Assembly: GCA_965228895.1 (NCBI GenBank)
Contig: OZ245842.1
Span: 192,001-256,000, forward strand
Origin: Alphaproteobacteria bacterium
GTDB taxonomy: Bacteria; Pseudomonadota; Alphaproteobacteria; SP197
Reading direction: 5' to 3'
Length of the DNA stretch: 64,000 nt
The notes under the pieces are model-generated. The model had not been told where the DNA came from and made no database searches. It worked only from the letters and a program-made list of their open reading frames with translations. The translations under genes and the position numbers were made by a program. Shown here piece by piece: positions 37,383 through 47,385 of the stretch; positions within the stretch are counted from its first letter, which is position 1, and each line of letters begins with the position of its first letter.

Positions 37383-38228
37383 TCATCCGGGGGCGATGAT
37401 ATCGCTTGCCTGTTCGCCGAGTCCCTCGACGGCCATGCGCACCCTGTCGCCGGCCTTCAGGAACACGCGGGGGTTCCGGCCCTGGCCGACGCCGGCGGGC
37501 GTGCCGGTCGCCATGACGTCGCCGGGTTCCAGCGACATGAACCGGCTGACGAAGCTGACCAGGTGGGCGACCGGGAAGATCATGTTGGCGGTCGTGCCGT
37601 CCTGCATCATCTTGCCGTTGACCTCGCACCACAGCCTGAGGTTCTGGGGGTCCGGCACCTCGTCGGCGGTCACGAGCCACGGGCCCAGGGGGCAGAACGT
37701 GTCGCCGGACTTGCCGAGTATCCATTGGCCGGAGCCGAAGCTCTGGAACTTACGCTCGGAAACATCATGGAGGGTGCAGTAGCCGGCGACGTGCTTCAGG
37801 GCATCGGCCTCGGCGATGTTCTTGCCGCCGCGCCCAATCACGACACCCAGCTCGACCTCCCAGTCCATATGGCGGCTGTCGTGCAAGAGCTCGATCGCGT
37901 CGTTGGCGCCACACAGCGTCGTCGTCGGCTTGAAGAAGACGATCGGCTTGTCGGGCGCCTGTGCGCCGACTTCTTTCGCATGGTCGGTGTAGTTGAGGCC
38001 GATGCAGATGATCTTGTTGATGCCTGTCAAGGGCGGACCCAGACGGGGCTTGCCGCGTACCCTGGGCAGGCTCTCCGGGTCGATCCGGCGCAGGCGCTTC
38101 AGCGCCGCGGTTGACAGCCCGGATGTATCGATGTCATCGACCTCGTCTGCCAACGAGCGCATCGCGCCGGTGTCGTCGATCATGCCGGGCTTTTCCTTGC
38201 CCGGCCTGCCATAGCGCACAAGTTTCAT
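37383..38228 (-). CDS. fumarylacetoacetate hydrolase family protein
   Basis: IGLNY..H, DWEVELG, DVSER, GKS.DTFCP.GP, GD...TGTP.GVG. Confidence 0.93.
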   Translation of the reverse strand: MKLVRYGRPGKEKPGMIDDTGAMRSLADEVDDIDTSGLSTAALKRLRRIDPESLPRVRGKPRLGPPLTGINKIICIGLNYTDHAKEVGAQAPDKPIVFFKPTTTLCGANDAIELLHDSRHMDWEVELGVVIGRGGKNIAEADALKHVAGYCTLHDVSERKFQSFGSGQWILGKSGDTFCPLGPWLVTADEVPDPQNLRLWCEVNGKMMQDGTTANMIFPVAHLVSFVSRFMSLEPGDVMATGTPAGVGQGRNPRVFLKAGDRVRMAVEGLGEQASDIIAPG

Positions 38229-38242
38229 CGCGGTGTCCCCCG

Positions 38243-39004
38243 TTAGGCCGTCATGCCGCCATCGACGTTCAATGTCTGGCCGGTCACGTAGTCGGCGCCG
38301 GCCGACAGGAAGAGAATGGTGTCGCCGTAATCCTCAGTCGAACCCACACGCTTCAGCGGCACGATGTTTTCGATATCGTCGAACATCTCCGGAAAGCGGC
38401 ATTCCCAGGGCGAGTCGACCGGACCGGGCGCGATGGCATTGACCCGCACATCCGGCGCCAGCGCCCGCGCCCACTCCTTGGTCAGGTTGACCAGGCCGGC
38501 CTTGGTCGCGCAGTAGACCGAGCTGGACCCGCCGCCGCCATGGGCTGAGATCGATGCCGTGTTGACGATCGCGCCGCCCGACGCCCTCAGGAATGGCGCC
38601 GCCGCTTTGGTGCAGCGATAGGGCCCGATCAGGTTGACGTTCAGGAGCTTGTCCCAGAAGGCCTCGTCCTGGCTCTCGAAATCGGCGGGCGGGATCGGCA
38701 GTTTGGTGCCTGGCGTGCCCGCGTTGTTGATCAGGTAGTCCAGGCCGTCCAGCGCTTTCGCGGCGTCGCGCACCATGCGCGGCGCGTCCTCGGCGTCGCC
38801 GACATCGCCGGGCGCGGCGACCACGTCATGGCCTTCTGACGTCAGGCGCTCGACCTCCTCGGCCAGGCGTGGCGAGGATGGCAGGTCGTTGATGGCGACG
38901 CTGGCGCCACAGCGCAGGAACGCCTCGACCGTGCCCAGGCCGATACCTGACGCGCCACCGGTGACCAGCGCCTTGCGGCCCTGGAGATCATAACTTGCCC
39001 GCAT
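38243..39004 (-). CDS. classical SDR oxidoreductase
   Basis: TGGASGIG, NNAG, S, YCATK, VNAIAPG, VDGG. Confidence 0.93.
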   Translation of the reverse strand: MRASYDLQGRKALVTGGASGIGLGTVEAFLRCGASVAINDLPSSPRLAEEVERLTSEGHDVVAAPGDVGDAEDAPRMVRDAAKALDGLDYLINNAGTPGTKLPIPPADFESQDEAFWDKLLNVNLIGPYRCTKAAAPFLRASGGAIVNTASISAHGGGGSSSVYCATKAGLVNLTKEWARALAPDVRVNAIAPGPVDSPWECRFPEMFDDIENIVPLKRVGSTEDYGDTILFLSAGADYVTGQTLNVDGGMTA

Positions 39005-39037
39005 GGTCTTCCCCGTCCTGTCGTTTGTCGCGGCATC

Positions 39038-40537
39038 CTAGCGATCTGGATCGCCGCTGTCCTCGCGGATTCGCGCGAACGCGTCGAGCAGGCGCACGCC
39101 GACGCCGGTGCCGCCCTTGGGGCAGAGTGGCTTGTCGTCATAGGCCAGTTCCTTGCCGGCGATGTCCAGATGTGCCCATGGACGGCCGCGCGCGAAGCGT
39201 TGCAGCAGTTGCGCGGCATGGGCCGCGTCTGCGTATTCACCGGGTTCCGCGATCTGCCTGAGATCGGCGATGTCGGAGCCCAGATTGTCCTCGTATTCCT
39301 GGTCCAGCGGCATGCGCCACAGCTTCTCGCCGCTGGCTTCCGAGGCCGCCTCCAAATCGGCGGCAAGCCGGTCCGAGGTCGTGTACATGCCGGTATAGAC
39401 CAGGCCCAGGCCGGCCATGATGTCGTAGGTCAGTGTCGCCAGGTCGATCATGGCGGCCGGCTCGAATCGCTCGACCGCATAGGCCAGCAGGTCGAGGAGA
39501 ACCAGGCGGCCTTCGGCGTCCGTGTTGAAGACCTCGATGGTCCAGCCGGCTTTCGACGTCAGTACGTCGCCGGGGCGATAAGCACGGCTGCCGGCCATGT
39601 TCTCGACCAGGCCGACGACGCCGACCGCGTTGACCTTGGCGTTGCGTGCGGCCAGCGCACGCATGGCGCCGACAACGGCCCCGCCGCCCGCCATGTCGCC
39701 TTTCATCTCCTCCATGCCCTTGGCCGGCTTGATCGAGATGCCGCCGCAATCGAACGTCAGCCCCTTGCCGATGAAACAAAGCGGCGGTTCGTCGCCATTG
39801 TCCGCGCCCGACCAGCGCAGGACCAAGAGGCTGGGTTCATGGCCGCTGCCGCGCGCGACGGCCAGCATGGCGCCCATGCCTTGGTCTTCGAGATAGTCGG
39901 GACCGTGCGCTTCGATGTCGATGCCGAGCTCGGCCAGGAAGCCGATCTGCTCGACAAAGGATTGCGGGTAGAGGTCGTTGGCCGGCTGATTGAAGAGATC
40001 GCGGGCAAGCTCAACGCCGCCGGCGACCGCATCGAGATCGCGCCAAGCCGCCGCCGCGCCGGCCATGTCGTCGGTCACGACTGTCAGCTGGTCAAGCCGG
40101 GAGGGATCGTCTTCGTCCTTGACCGTGCGGTAACGGTCATAGGCATAACCGCGCAGCCGCATGCCGAAGGCCAAGCGGGCGAGCGCTTGTCCGCCGTTTA
40201 CGGGAGCGGTGTCGGGCGGCGTGATCTGAATCTGGACGGTGGTGCATCCGGTATCCGAGATATGCGCCGCGAGCGTTCCGCCAAGCCGCTCCCAGGCCTG
40301 ACGATCCAGGGCCTCGGCATCACCCAGCCCGATCAGGACAACCCTGTCGGCGGCGATATCGAATGGCGCGGCCCCATCCAGAATCTCGTCGCGTTTGCCG
40401 GCAAATCGGCTGGTCTCGATCAGGCGGTTCAGCGCGCCGCCGCTTGCGGCATTCGATATCTCGCCTTCCGGCGTCACAGCGAAAACCTGGACTTCCACCG
40501 GCCCGTGCGCGGGCTGTGCAACAAACTCCACGTTCAT
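39038..40537 (-). CDS. M17 leucyl aminopeptidase family protein (divergent paralog)
   Basis: GKGLTFDCGG..IK, MKGDM, NTDAEGRL, HLDIAG; TLTGA replaced by TLTYD. Confidence 0.9.
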   Translation of the reverse strand: MNVEFVAQPAHGPVEVQVFAVTPEGEISNAASGGALNRLIETSRFAGKRDEILDGAAPFDIAADRVVLIGLGDAEALDRQAWERLGGTLAAHISDTGCTTVQIQITPPDTAPVNGGQALARLAFGMRLRGYAYDRYRTVKDEDDPSRLDQLTVVTDDMAGAAAAWRDLDAVAGGVELARDLFNQPANDLYPQSFVEQIGFLAELGIDIEAHGPDYLEDQGMGAMLAVARGSGHEPSLLVLRWSGADNGDEPPLCFIGKGLTFDCGGISIKPAKGMEEMKGDMAGGGAVVGAMRALAARNAKVNAVGVVGLVENMAGSRAYRPGDVLTSKAGWTIEVFNTDAEGRLVLLDLLAYAVERFEPAAMIDLATLTYDIMAGLGLVYTGMYTTSDRLAADLEAASEASGEKLWRMPLDQEYEDNLGSDIADLRQIAEPGEYADAAHAAQLLQRFARGRPWAHLDIAGKELAYDDKPLCPKGGTGVGVRLLDAFARIREDSGDPDR

Positions 40538-40566
40538 GAGAACACCACGTCGATCAATCCGGACGG

Positions 40567-40869
40567 TTAGACCACCTTCGCCATTGGCCTGACATCGACC
40601 GGTTCCGCCAGCCAGGCGTCGTAGCTCTCAAACACCGCCTTGGTATAGGGCTGTTCGTAGTGGCGATCGAGCGCGGCGGCGTCGCTCCATTCCTCATAGA
40701 GGTAAAGGCTGCCGTCGTCGCGGCCTTCGTGCAGGACAAACTGAAGGCAACCGGGTTCCTGGCGCGTTGCGTCGACAATGCCGACAATGGCATCGCGCGC
40801 TTGCTGGAGGTGTTCAGATTTCGGCACGATGCGTGCCATGACAAACAAAGTCTGGTTCATGAGGTTCAA
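40567..40869 (-). CDS. ABM/putative quinol monooxygenase (dimeric alpha-beta barrel)
   Basis: TR.EPGC..F.L, LYEEW.D..AL..H...PY; start 40869 (TTG) or 40860 (ATG). Confidence 0.85.
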   Translation of the reverse strand: MNLMNQTLFVMARIVPKSEHLQQARDAIVGIVDATRQEPGCLQFVLHEGRDDGSLYLYEEWSDAAALDRHYEQPYTKAVFESYDAWLAEPVDVRPMAKVV

Positions 40870-40971
40870 CTGTTGCTGTTGCTAAGGACGATCGTCGCCG
40901 AGTGTAATCGGTCTGGCGTTAGTCGGGGACCATGGACTCGCCAGGCACCCACGCGGAGGTGACAGCGGAAC

Positions 40972-41631
40972 ATGTTGGTTCAGATCTACGAGGTATCCAG
41001 TCCCAAAGAGGCGCGTGAGCTCGCCGCGTTGGGTGTCGATCATGTCGGCGTCCTGGTCGGCCCGGGTGACTTCCCGCGCGAACGGGCGAGCGCGGAGGCA
41101 TGCGCGATCCTTGGCGCGTTGCCCAAGACGACCTTGGCGGTCGCCCTTTCCCTTTCGGCCCGCGTCGAGGAGGTCGCGCGTGTCGTTCGTGAGACAACGC
41201 CCGATATCATTCACATCGGCGCCGCCATCGAGCTTTTCTCGGTCGATCAGACGGGCGCCATCAAACAGCAATTCCCGGAAACCCAAATTATGCGTGCCAT
41301 ACCGGTGGTCGGCGAGGAGTCGCTAGCATGGGCGCGCGACTATGAGGGTGTCGCCGACTGGCTGTTGTTGGACAGCCACGCGCCCGGCGACCGCCAGATC
41401 GGCGCCCAGGGCATCACCCACGACTGGTCGGTCAGCCGGCGCATCGTCGAGGCGGCAAGCATGCCGGTCATCCTTGCCGGCGGTCTGGGCCCCGACAACG
41501 TCGCTGACGCGATCGAGGCGGTGGCCCCGGCCGGCGTCGATTCCAAGACCAAGACCGACAGCGCGGACGGTGAGACGAAAGACCTTCAGAAGGTCGCGGC
41601 GTTTGTCCAAAACGCAAAGGCGGTCGGCTAG
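40972..41631 (+). CDS. phosphoribosylanthranilate isomerase (TrpF)-like TIM barrel, atypical
   Basis: GVD..G, LLDS, G.THDW, ILAGGLGPDNV, GVDS; N-terminal KICG replaced by VQIYE. Confidence 0.8.
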   Translation: MLVQIYEVSSPKEARELAALGVDHVGVLVGPGDFPRERASAEACAILGALPKTTLAVALSLSARVEEVARVVRETTPDIIHIGAAIELFSVDQTGAIKQQFPETQIMRAIPVVGEESLAWARDYEGVADWLLLDSHAPGDRQIGAQGITHDWSVSRRIVEAASMPVILAGGLGPDNVADAIEAVAPAGVDSKTKTDSADGETKDLQKVAAFVQNAKAVG

Positions 41632-41638
41632 CACGCGC

Positions 41639-43723
41639 CTAGCGGCCTTCCGCGCGCCACGCCATGGCGAGGCCGCCGACAATCAGCAGCAAGGCAAGCC
41701 ACGCCGGCAACAGCGGGGTGTTGTCGATGCCACGGACGATGAAACGGCCATGATCCAGCACGCCGATCCAACCCTGGCCGCTGCGGTCGCGCTCGGCCGC
41801 GACCTGGCGCACGGTCGGCAGGCGCTTATCGGCGATCCAGGTAATGCCGCCGCCGGTCGCTTCGACAATCGGTTGCAACAAATCGGTCTTGGCGCGCGGG
41901 TCGCGCCATTCGCGCGGATTGAGCTCGCCGACCGTGACGATGGTTTCGAGATCGCCATCGGTGACACGGTAAAGGCCGGCCTCGCTGACGCGAATCTCGG
42001 CGCTTGAACGGCCGGGTTCTTCGTTGGTCAAGGTAGCCGTCGTCTCGGCGCCGGACGGCGCGATGATGGTGACCTCGCCGGCCTGATCTTCCAGACTTTG
42101 ACGGATGATGTTGAGCCGGTTGCCGATGGCACTGACACGGATCGCGTTTTCCTCGAGCTCGGGTTCCTTCATCAGCCAGTGGGCCAAGCGGCGCAACATC
42201 TCCTGTTGCGGGCCGCCGCCTTCAAAGCCACGCGCCCAGAGCCAGGCGTGGTCGGAGAGCAATTGGGCGACCCGGCCTTCGCCGACCCGCTGCAGGATCA
42301 AGAGCGGCTGGCCTTCGTAGCCGTCCAGCAGCACCTCGCCGGTCGGCGCGGTGGCGTTCACCTGGCGGAACCAGCGACCCCATGGCGGCAGATCGTCCTG
42401 GGCGCCCGGCAGGTCGGCGGTGACGGGATGACGCCGGCCCGTATCGGTCGGCAGAATGTTGAAACCGGATTCGACGACGTCGCCGGTCGGTGTGGCCGGC
42501 ATCAGCTCACCCAGAACTGTCGTGTGCAAGCCAAGCTGGGTGCCGAAGTCCGGTCCGGCCGCAACCAGCATGGCGCCGCCCTCCAGCACGTATTCGGCGA
42601 TGTTCTCCAGATACTGCTCGGGAATCACGCCGCGCTTGCGGTAGCGGTCGAAGATAATGAGATCGAAGTCGAGCAACTTCATCTCGAACAGCTCGCGCAC
42701 CGGGAACGAGATCAGCGACAGTTCGCGGATTGGCGTGCCGTCTTGCTTCTCGGGCGGGCGCAGGATGGTGAAATGGACGAGCTCGACAGCGGGATCGGCC
42801 TTCAAGGTATTCCGCCAAACGCGCTCGCCCGTATGCACTTCGCCCGAAATCAGCAGCACCTTCAGATCTTCGCGAACGCCGTTAATGGCCAGGACGACAC
42901 GGTTGTTGATATCGGTCAGTTCGTTGGACCGGTCGGCCAGATCGAGTTCGACCATCGACATCCCGGCGCGGTCCAGCGAGAAGTAGATCTCGTAGCGTTC
43001 ACCGATCGGGACCGTATGGGTCACGGGTGAGACGCCGGGTGCCGTCAAGGTGACCTCGGCGGTGCCCGAGGGGTCATTGGTGTCCTCAACGCGGAACGCC
43101 AGCTTGGTCGGCTGATCGACGATGCCGTAACGCGGCGCCTCCAGCAGAACCAGCCGGCGGTCGACCTCTTGACGCTCGCCGGTCAGCAGGACGTGGACCG
43201 GGGCGTCAACGCCGAATGCTTCGAGCGTCTCCGGTGCGTCGTGCACCTCGCCGTCGGTGATCAAGACGGCGCCGGACACCGCCTCGCGCGGCACATCGGC
43301 CAGAGCCTGACGGATTGGCGCAAAAAGCGCGGTGCCCGATTCCGGCAGCCCGTCGTCATCCAGCGCGCTCAAGGCATCGACCGTCACCACGCGCGTCTCA
43401 AGATTGTCGAGCCGCTCGAACCTCTCCAGCATGGTGTCAAGCGCGGTCTGGGTCTGATCGTCGCGCTCGCCGATCGTCTGACTTGCCGACTGATCGACCA
43501 CGATCAGCGCAATGTCCGGCAGTGCTTCGCGGCGCTCCTCGATCAGCGAGGGGTTCGCCATGGCCAACGCCAGGGTGGCCAACACGAGGGTGCGCCACGC
43601 CATGCCCGGTGCGCCACGCACAACACCGTAGATGAGCAGAAGCACGATGATCGCGGCGAACGGGATCAGCAGCCAGAGCGGCAGCAGCGGCGAAAAGGCG
43701 ATATCGGTGACGGTCGCGCTCAT
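41639..43723 (-). CDS. membrane protein with vWA and class I GATase-like domains (MoxR cluster)
   Basis: N-terminal TMs, DQSAS MIDAS, LITDGE, LVHFTILRPPEKQDGTP, WLWARG. Confidence 0.85.
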   Translation of the reverse strand: MSATVTDIAFSPLLPLWLLIPFAAIIVLLLIYGVVRGAPGMAWRTLVLATLALAMANPSLIEERREALPDIALIVVDQSASQTIGERDDQTQTALDTMLERFERLDNLETRVVTVDALSALDDDGLPESGTALFAPIRQALADVPREAVSGAVLITDGEVHDAPETLEAFGVDAPVHVLLTGERQEVDRRLVLLEAPRYGIVDQPTKLAFRVEDTNDPSGTAEVTLTAPGVSPVTHTVPIGERYEIYFSLDRAGMSMVELDLADRSNELTDINNRVVLAINGVREDLKVLLISGEVHTGERVWRNTLKADPAVELVHFTILRPPEKQDGTPIRELSLISFPVRELFEMKLLDFDLIIFDRYRKRGVIPEQYLENIAEYVLEGGAMLVAAGPDFGTQLGLHTTVLGELMPATPTGDVVESGFNILPTDTGRRHPVTADLPGAQDDLPPWGRWFRQVNATAPTGEVLLDGYEGQPLLILQRVGEGRVAQLLSDHAWLWARGFEGGGPQQEMLRRLAHWLMKEPELEENAIRVSAIGNRLNIIRQSLEDQAGEVTIIAPSGAETTATLTNEEPGRSSAEIRVSEAGLYRVTDGDLETIVTVGELNPREWRDPRAKTDLLQPIVEATGGGITWIADKRLPTVRQVAAERDRSGQGWIGVLDHGRFIVRGIDNTPLLPAWLALLLIVGGLAMAWRAEGR

Positions 43724-46443
43724 TGGCCAAGCCGCTCCAGGATCGCCGGCAAATGCACGCTATCGGCCTTGTAGTTGCCGGTCATCGCGTACATCACGAG
43801 GTTGACGCCGAAGCGAAACGACATCTCGCGCTGGCGCTCGCCGCCGGGGACGACGGGAAACAGCGGCTGCATCTGATCGTTCAACGCCCAGGCCGACGCC
43901 CAATCGTTGCTGCCGATGATGATGGCGGAGACACCGTCATTGACGCCGCCTGGATGACGCTCGACCCAGACCGAGCCATTGGCCCAGCGTCCGGGGAAGT
44001 CCGCCAGCAGGTAGTAGGCCTGAGTCAGCACGTGGTTGGTCGGCACGCGGATCAGCGCCGGCACGTTGATGCCGGCCAGGAGTTCCTGCAGCCGGGCGGC
44101 GTTGGAGCCGGTGCCGGTCACGCCCTGCAGTTCCTCGTCGGCATCGCGGGTATCGACCACCAGAATGCCGCCGGTCCTAAGGTAAGCATCCAGCTTGGCA
44201 CGAGCCGCATCGCTCAGCAGCGGCTGCTCGGCGGTGATCGGCCAATAGACAAGCGGGAAGAAGATCAACTCGTCTTCTTCCAGATCGACCGCCACCGGCT
44301 CGCCCGGCTCGACCGACGTGCGCGCGCGCAAGATTGAACTAAGCCCCGCAAGGCCGGTGTGTGACACCTGATCGACCTGATTGTTGCCGGTGACCACATA
44401 ACCGAACCTGACATCGTTGACGCCGGCCGGGATGGCGTCATCAGCCGGTTGGGCAAAGGCCTGATCGGCGGGCAGCAGGAACAGGAAGAGCAGCGGCACC
44501 GCAGCCAGGCGCATGCCGGTGCCAAAACCGGGGACCAGCCCGCGCAACGCCAAGCTGGCGTAGATTTCAAGCAGTGCCAGCAGGCCGGCAAGACCGAACA
44601 GCCAGGGCCTCAGATCGACTTCGTCATGACGCTCGAAGCCGGTCACCGTGAACCCTTCGGGCAACTCGGCGAGCGGCGTCGGCGCATCGAGCGCGGCGCC
44701 CAGGTTGAGCGAGCGCCTGAGGTCCTGGGTGCCGTAGATGCCCGGCGGATGGCTCGGCCCGGCCAGCGTGTCGTCGATTTCGTTGGCGGCCACGGCGCCC
44801 GCCGTCGGCGGCGCGGGTCCCAGAACGCCGAAGCCATTGAGCGCGCTGATCACCGGCAGCGGCTCGTCGCCCAATTCGGCGCCGGCGCCCTGGGAGAGAT
44901 CGACGATGCGGCGCATCATGTCGACGAACAGGATCGAGATCGGCAGGTTGGTCCACTGGGTGTTGGCCGATGTGTGCACCAGAACCAGCCAGCCGCTGCC
45001 GCGCCGTTCGGCGGTGACCAGCGGCGTACCGTCCTCAAGCCGCGCCCACGTCTTGGCGCCCAGATCGAGGGTCGGCTGCGCCAAGACCTGCAAGTCGATC
45101 AGCACGTCCTGCTGGATGTCCAAGCCGGCGAATGGCGAGCCGGGGTCGAACGGCGCGATCCGCTGCGGTTGGGTCCAGCTCATCGCACCGCCCATGGCGC
45201 GTTCGCCCTCTCTGAGCTCGACCGGCACAAGATCGTCGTGATCCTGGGCGAACTCAGGCCCGGCGAAACGGATAAGGATGCCGCCATCGTCGATCCAGGA
45301 TTCCAACTGCGATCGCTCGGTAACCGGGATCTGGCCGAAATTGGCCAGCATCATGACCGCCGGTGGACGGCTTAACAGGCTGGCGACGGTACCGGTCCTG
45401 ACCTCGGCGACCGGCGACAGCGCACGTTCCAGATAGAAGATCGGCGACAACAGCGGCTGGTCGCTCTCGATCTCGCCGCCCGCCGCGAGGCCAACCGGCA
45501 GGCGCTTCCAGCGCTGGTCGAGCAACACAACGGCCGCGGCGGTGTTGGCGTCCTCGATCTCCAGGCGCTCGATCCGGTTGCGCATCTCCGCCGGTACTTC
45601 AAGTGGCGCGTCGGTCACCGTATCGCCGGCGGCAAACGTCAATTCCTGGCGCACCACCAGACGGTCGTCTTCGTCGGTCGCGCTGACCCAGATCGTCTGG
45701 TCGAAGGTCGTGTCCGAACGATGGGCCTCCAGGATCAACTGGCCGGCCTCGTCGTGCGGCGGCATCAGCACCAGCGCGCCGCCGGGCATGGTGCTTTCGA
45801 TCACCTGGACGTCGCCGAACTCGGCCAGACGCGCGACAAAATCCTCGGTGCCGCCGTCCTCGATGCCGTCGGTAATCCAATAGACGCTGGAGATATCGTC
45901 GATGCCGTCCAGCGCGGCCGCGGCGCTGGCGCGATCAGTCGGCCAGGGACGCGGTTGTATGGCGCGCAGGATCTGTCGTGCATCGTCAGGCGCCATCAAG
46001 CCGCTGTTGTCGATCGGCACGCCGTCGTCTTCCGGCGCGGTCCGCAACAGCATGACGGAACGGCGGTCACGCTCGCTGACGGCGAGAATGTCTTCGACGG
46101 TATCGAGCCGGGCCAGCCAATCGCCGGCCGAGGCCCAGCCGTCATCGATCACGATCAGGATGTTGCCGTCGTCGATGGTGCGGTGCGACGGGTTCAACAG
46201 GGGATGGGAGATTGCGAGAATTAACAGCGTGGCCAGCGCGATCCTGAGCGCGATGAGCCAGGGCGGCGTCGATTCCGCCGCCCGCTTGTCGGTCTCCAGC
46301 CCGAACAACAGGCGGATGGCCGGAAAGCGGACCAGACGCGGCGAAGGCGGCACGATCTTGAGCAGCCACCACAAGAGTGGCACCACGACAAGCGCGACCA
46401 GGACCCAGGGGGCGACGAAGGCGAGGGGGCCGAGACTGACCAT
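43720..46443 (-). CDS. BatA/vWA/DUF4159 domain membrane protein
   Basis: F.APW.L..L..P.LWWL..PP.P...FP BatA N-terminus; C-terminal DUF4159 FGVNLVMYAMTGNYK.D.VH. Confidence 0.88.
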   Translation of the reverse strand: MVSLGPLAFVAPWVLVALVVVPLLWWLLKIVPPSPRLVRFPAIRLLFGLETDKRAAESTPPWLIALRIALATLLILAISHPLLNPSHRTIDDGNILIVIDDGWASAGDWLARLDTVEDILAVSERDRRSVMLLRTAPEDDGVPIDNSGLMAPDDARQILRAIQPRPWPTDRASAAAALDGIDDISSVYWITDGIEDGGTEDFVARLAEFGDVQVIESTMPGGALVLMPPHDEAGQLILEAHRSDTTFDQTIWVSATDEDDRLVVRQELTFAAGDTVTDAPLEVPAEMRNRIERLEIEDANTAAAVVLLDQRWKRLPVGLAAGGEIESDQPLLSPIFYLERALSPVAEVRTGTVASLLSRPPAVMMLANFGQIPVTERSQLESWIDDGGILIRFAGPEFAQDHDDLVPVELREGERAMGGAMSWTQPQRIAPFDPGSPFAGLDIQQDVLIDLQVLAQPTLDLGAKTWARLEDGTPLVTAERRGSGWLVLVHTSANTQWTNLPISILFVDMMRRIVDLSQGAGAELGDEPLPVISALNGFGVLGPAPPTAGAVAANEIDDTLAGPSHPPGIYGTQDLRRSLNLGAALDAPTPLAELPEGFTVTGFERHDEVDLRPWLFGLAGLLALLEIYASLALRGLVPGFGTGMRLAAVPLLFLFLLPADQAFAQPADDAIPAGVNDVRFGYVVTGNNQVDQVSHTGLAGLSSILRARTSVEPGEPVAVDLEEDELIFFPLVYWPITAEQPLLSDAARAKLDAYLRTGGILVVDTRDADEELQGVTGTGSNAARLQELLAGINVPALIRVPTNHVLTQAYYLLADFPGRWANGSVWVERHPGGVNDGVSAIIIGSNDWASAWALNDQMQPLFPVVPGGERQREMSFRFGVNLVMYAMTGNYKADSVHLPAILERLGQ

Positions 46444-46451
46444 CTAGCCTC

Positions 46452-47336
46452 TCACGCCACCTGGCCGGAGAGGTGAACGTAGAGCGGCAGCAGCGCGGAT
46501 TGGGGCTGTGCGTCCGTATGGTGGATGCTGAAGGTCCACTGCGCGCGGCGCACCATATCCGACAGGGTCTCCTGGTGCGCTTTGAGCCGGCTGACATAGT
46601 CGTGGCGCAGTGCCTCGGCGCGGCTGGCCAGCATGGTGCCTTCCCGCTCGAAACCGTCGAACAGGACACGGCCCGCATAGGGCAGACTTTCTTCCGCCGG
46701 GTCCAGGATCTGTAGCAGGTGGCCGGAGACGCCGAGCCCGGCGAAGTGTTTGATCATGGCGTCGAGGGATTCGAGCGGCTCCAGGAAATCGCCGATCAAA
46801 ACGATCTGGGCGTGGCGCGGCAGGATCTCGTTGCGCGGCAGGCTGGGCGTGTCCTCGTCGGTCTCCTGGTGCATCAGGCGCGTCGCGAAACGCGTCAGCG
46901 CCGCGCTGCCGGTACGCGGGCGTTTGTCGACGCCCAGAAGCGCGATGTTCTCGTCGCCGCGCACGAGCAGCACGGCAAGCGCCATGATCAGCAGCCGCGC
47001 CCGCTCCAGCTTGGTCGATTCGGCAAGCCGGGAGCCATAGGTCATCGACGGCGAGCTGTCGGACCACAGCCAGACACTCTCGGCGGCTTCCCATTCGTTC
47101 TCGCGCACGTAGAGCTGCATCGACTTGGCCGACGCGCGCCAGTCGATCAGGCTCGCGGCTTCGCCCGGCTCATAGCGCCGGTATTGCCAGAACGCCTCGC
47201 CCGGTCCGACCCGGCGCCTGCCGTGCACGCCTTGCGCCACGATTGCCGCGACCCGCTCGGCCTCGACGAGCAGCGGCGGCAGATGGCCGACAAGCTGTTC
47301 GGCGCGCTGCCGGAAACTGACAGCCGTCTCGCTCAT
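46452..47336 (-). CDS. DUF58 domain protein
   Basis: G.HGRRR.G.GE.FWQYR.Y..G.....IDWR.SA, RE.EWE, DSSPSM, DPAE. Confidence 0.92.
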   Translation of the reverse strand: MSETAVSFRQRAEQLVGHLPPLLVEAERVAAIVAQGVHGRRRVGPGEAFWQYRRYEPGEAASLIDWRASAKSMQLYVRENEWEAAESVWLWSDSSPSMTYGSRLAESTKLERARLLIMALAVLLVRGDENIALLGVDKRPRTGSAALTRFATRLMHQETDEDTPSLPRNEILPRHAQIVLIGDFLEPLESLDAMIKHFAGLGVSGHLLQILDPAEESLPYAGRVLFDGFEREGTMLASRAEALRHDYVSRLKAHQETLSDMVRRAQWTFSIHHTDAQPQSALLPLYVHLSGQVA

Positions 47337-47385
47337 GCTCGGCCTGTGGCGCGAAGGGGATACACGGTGATCATCGGGCGCACGA

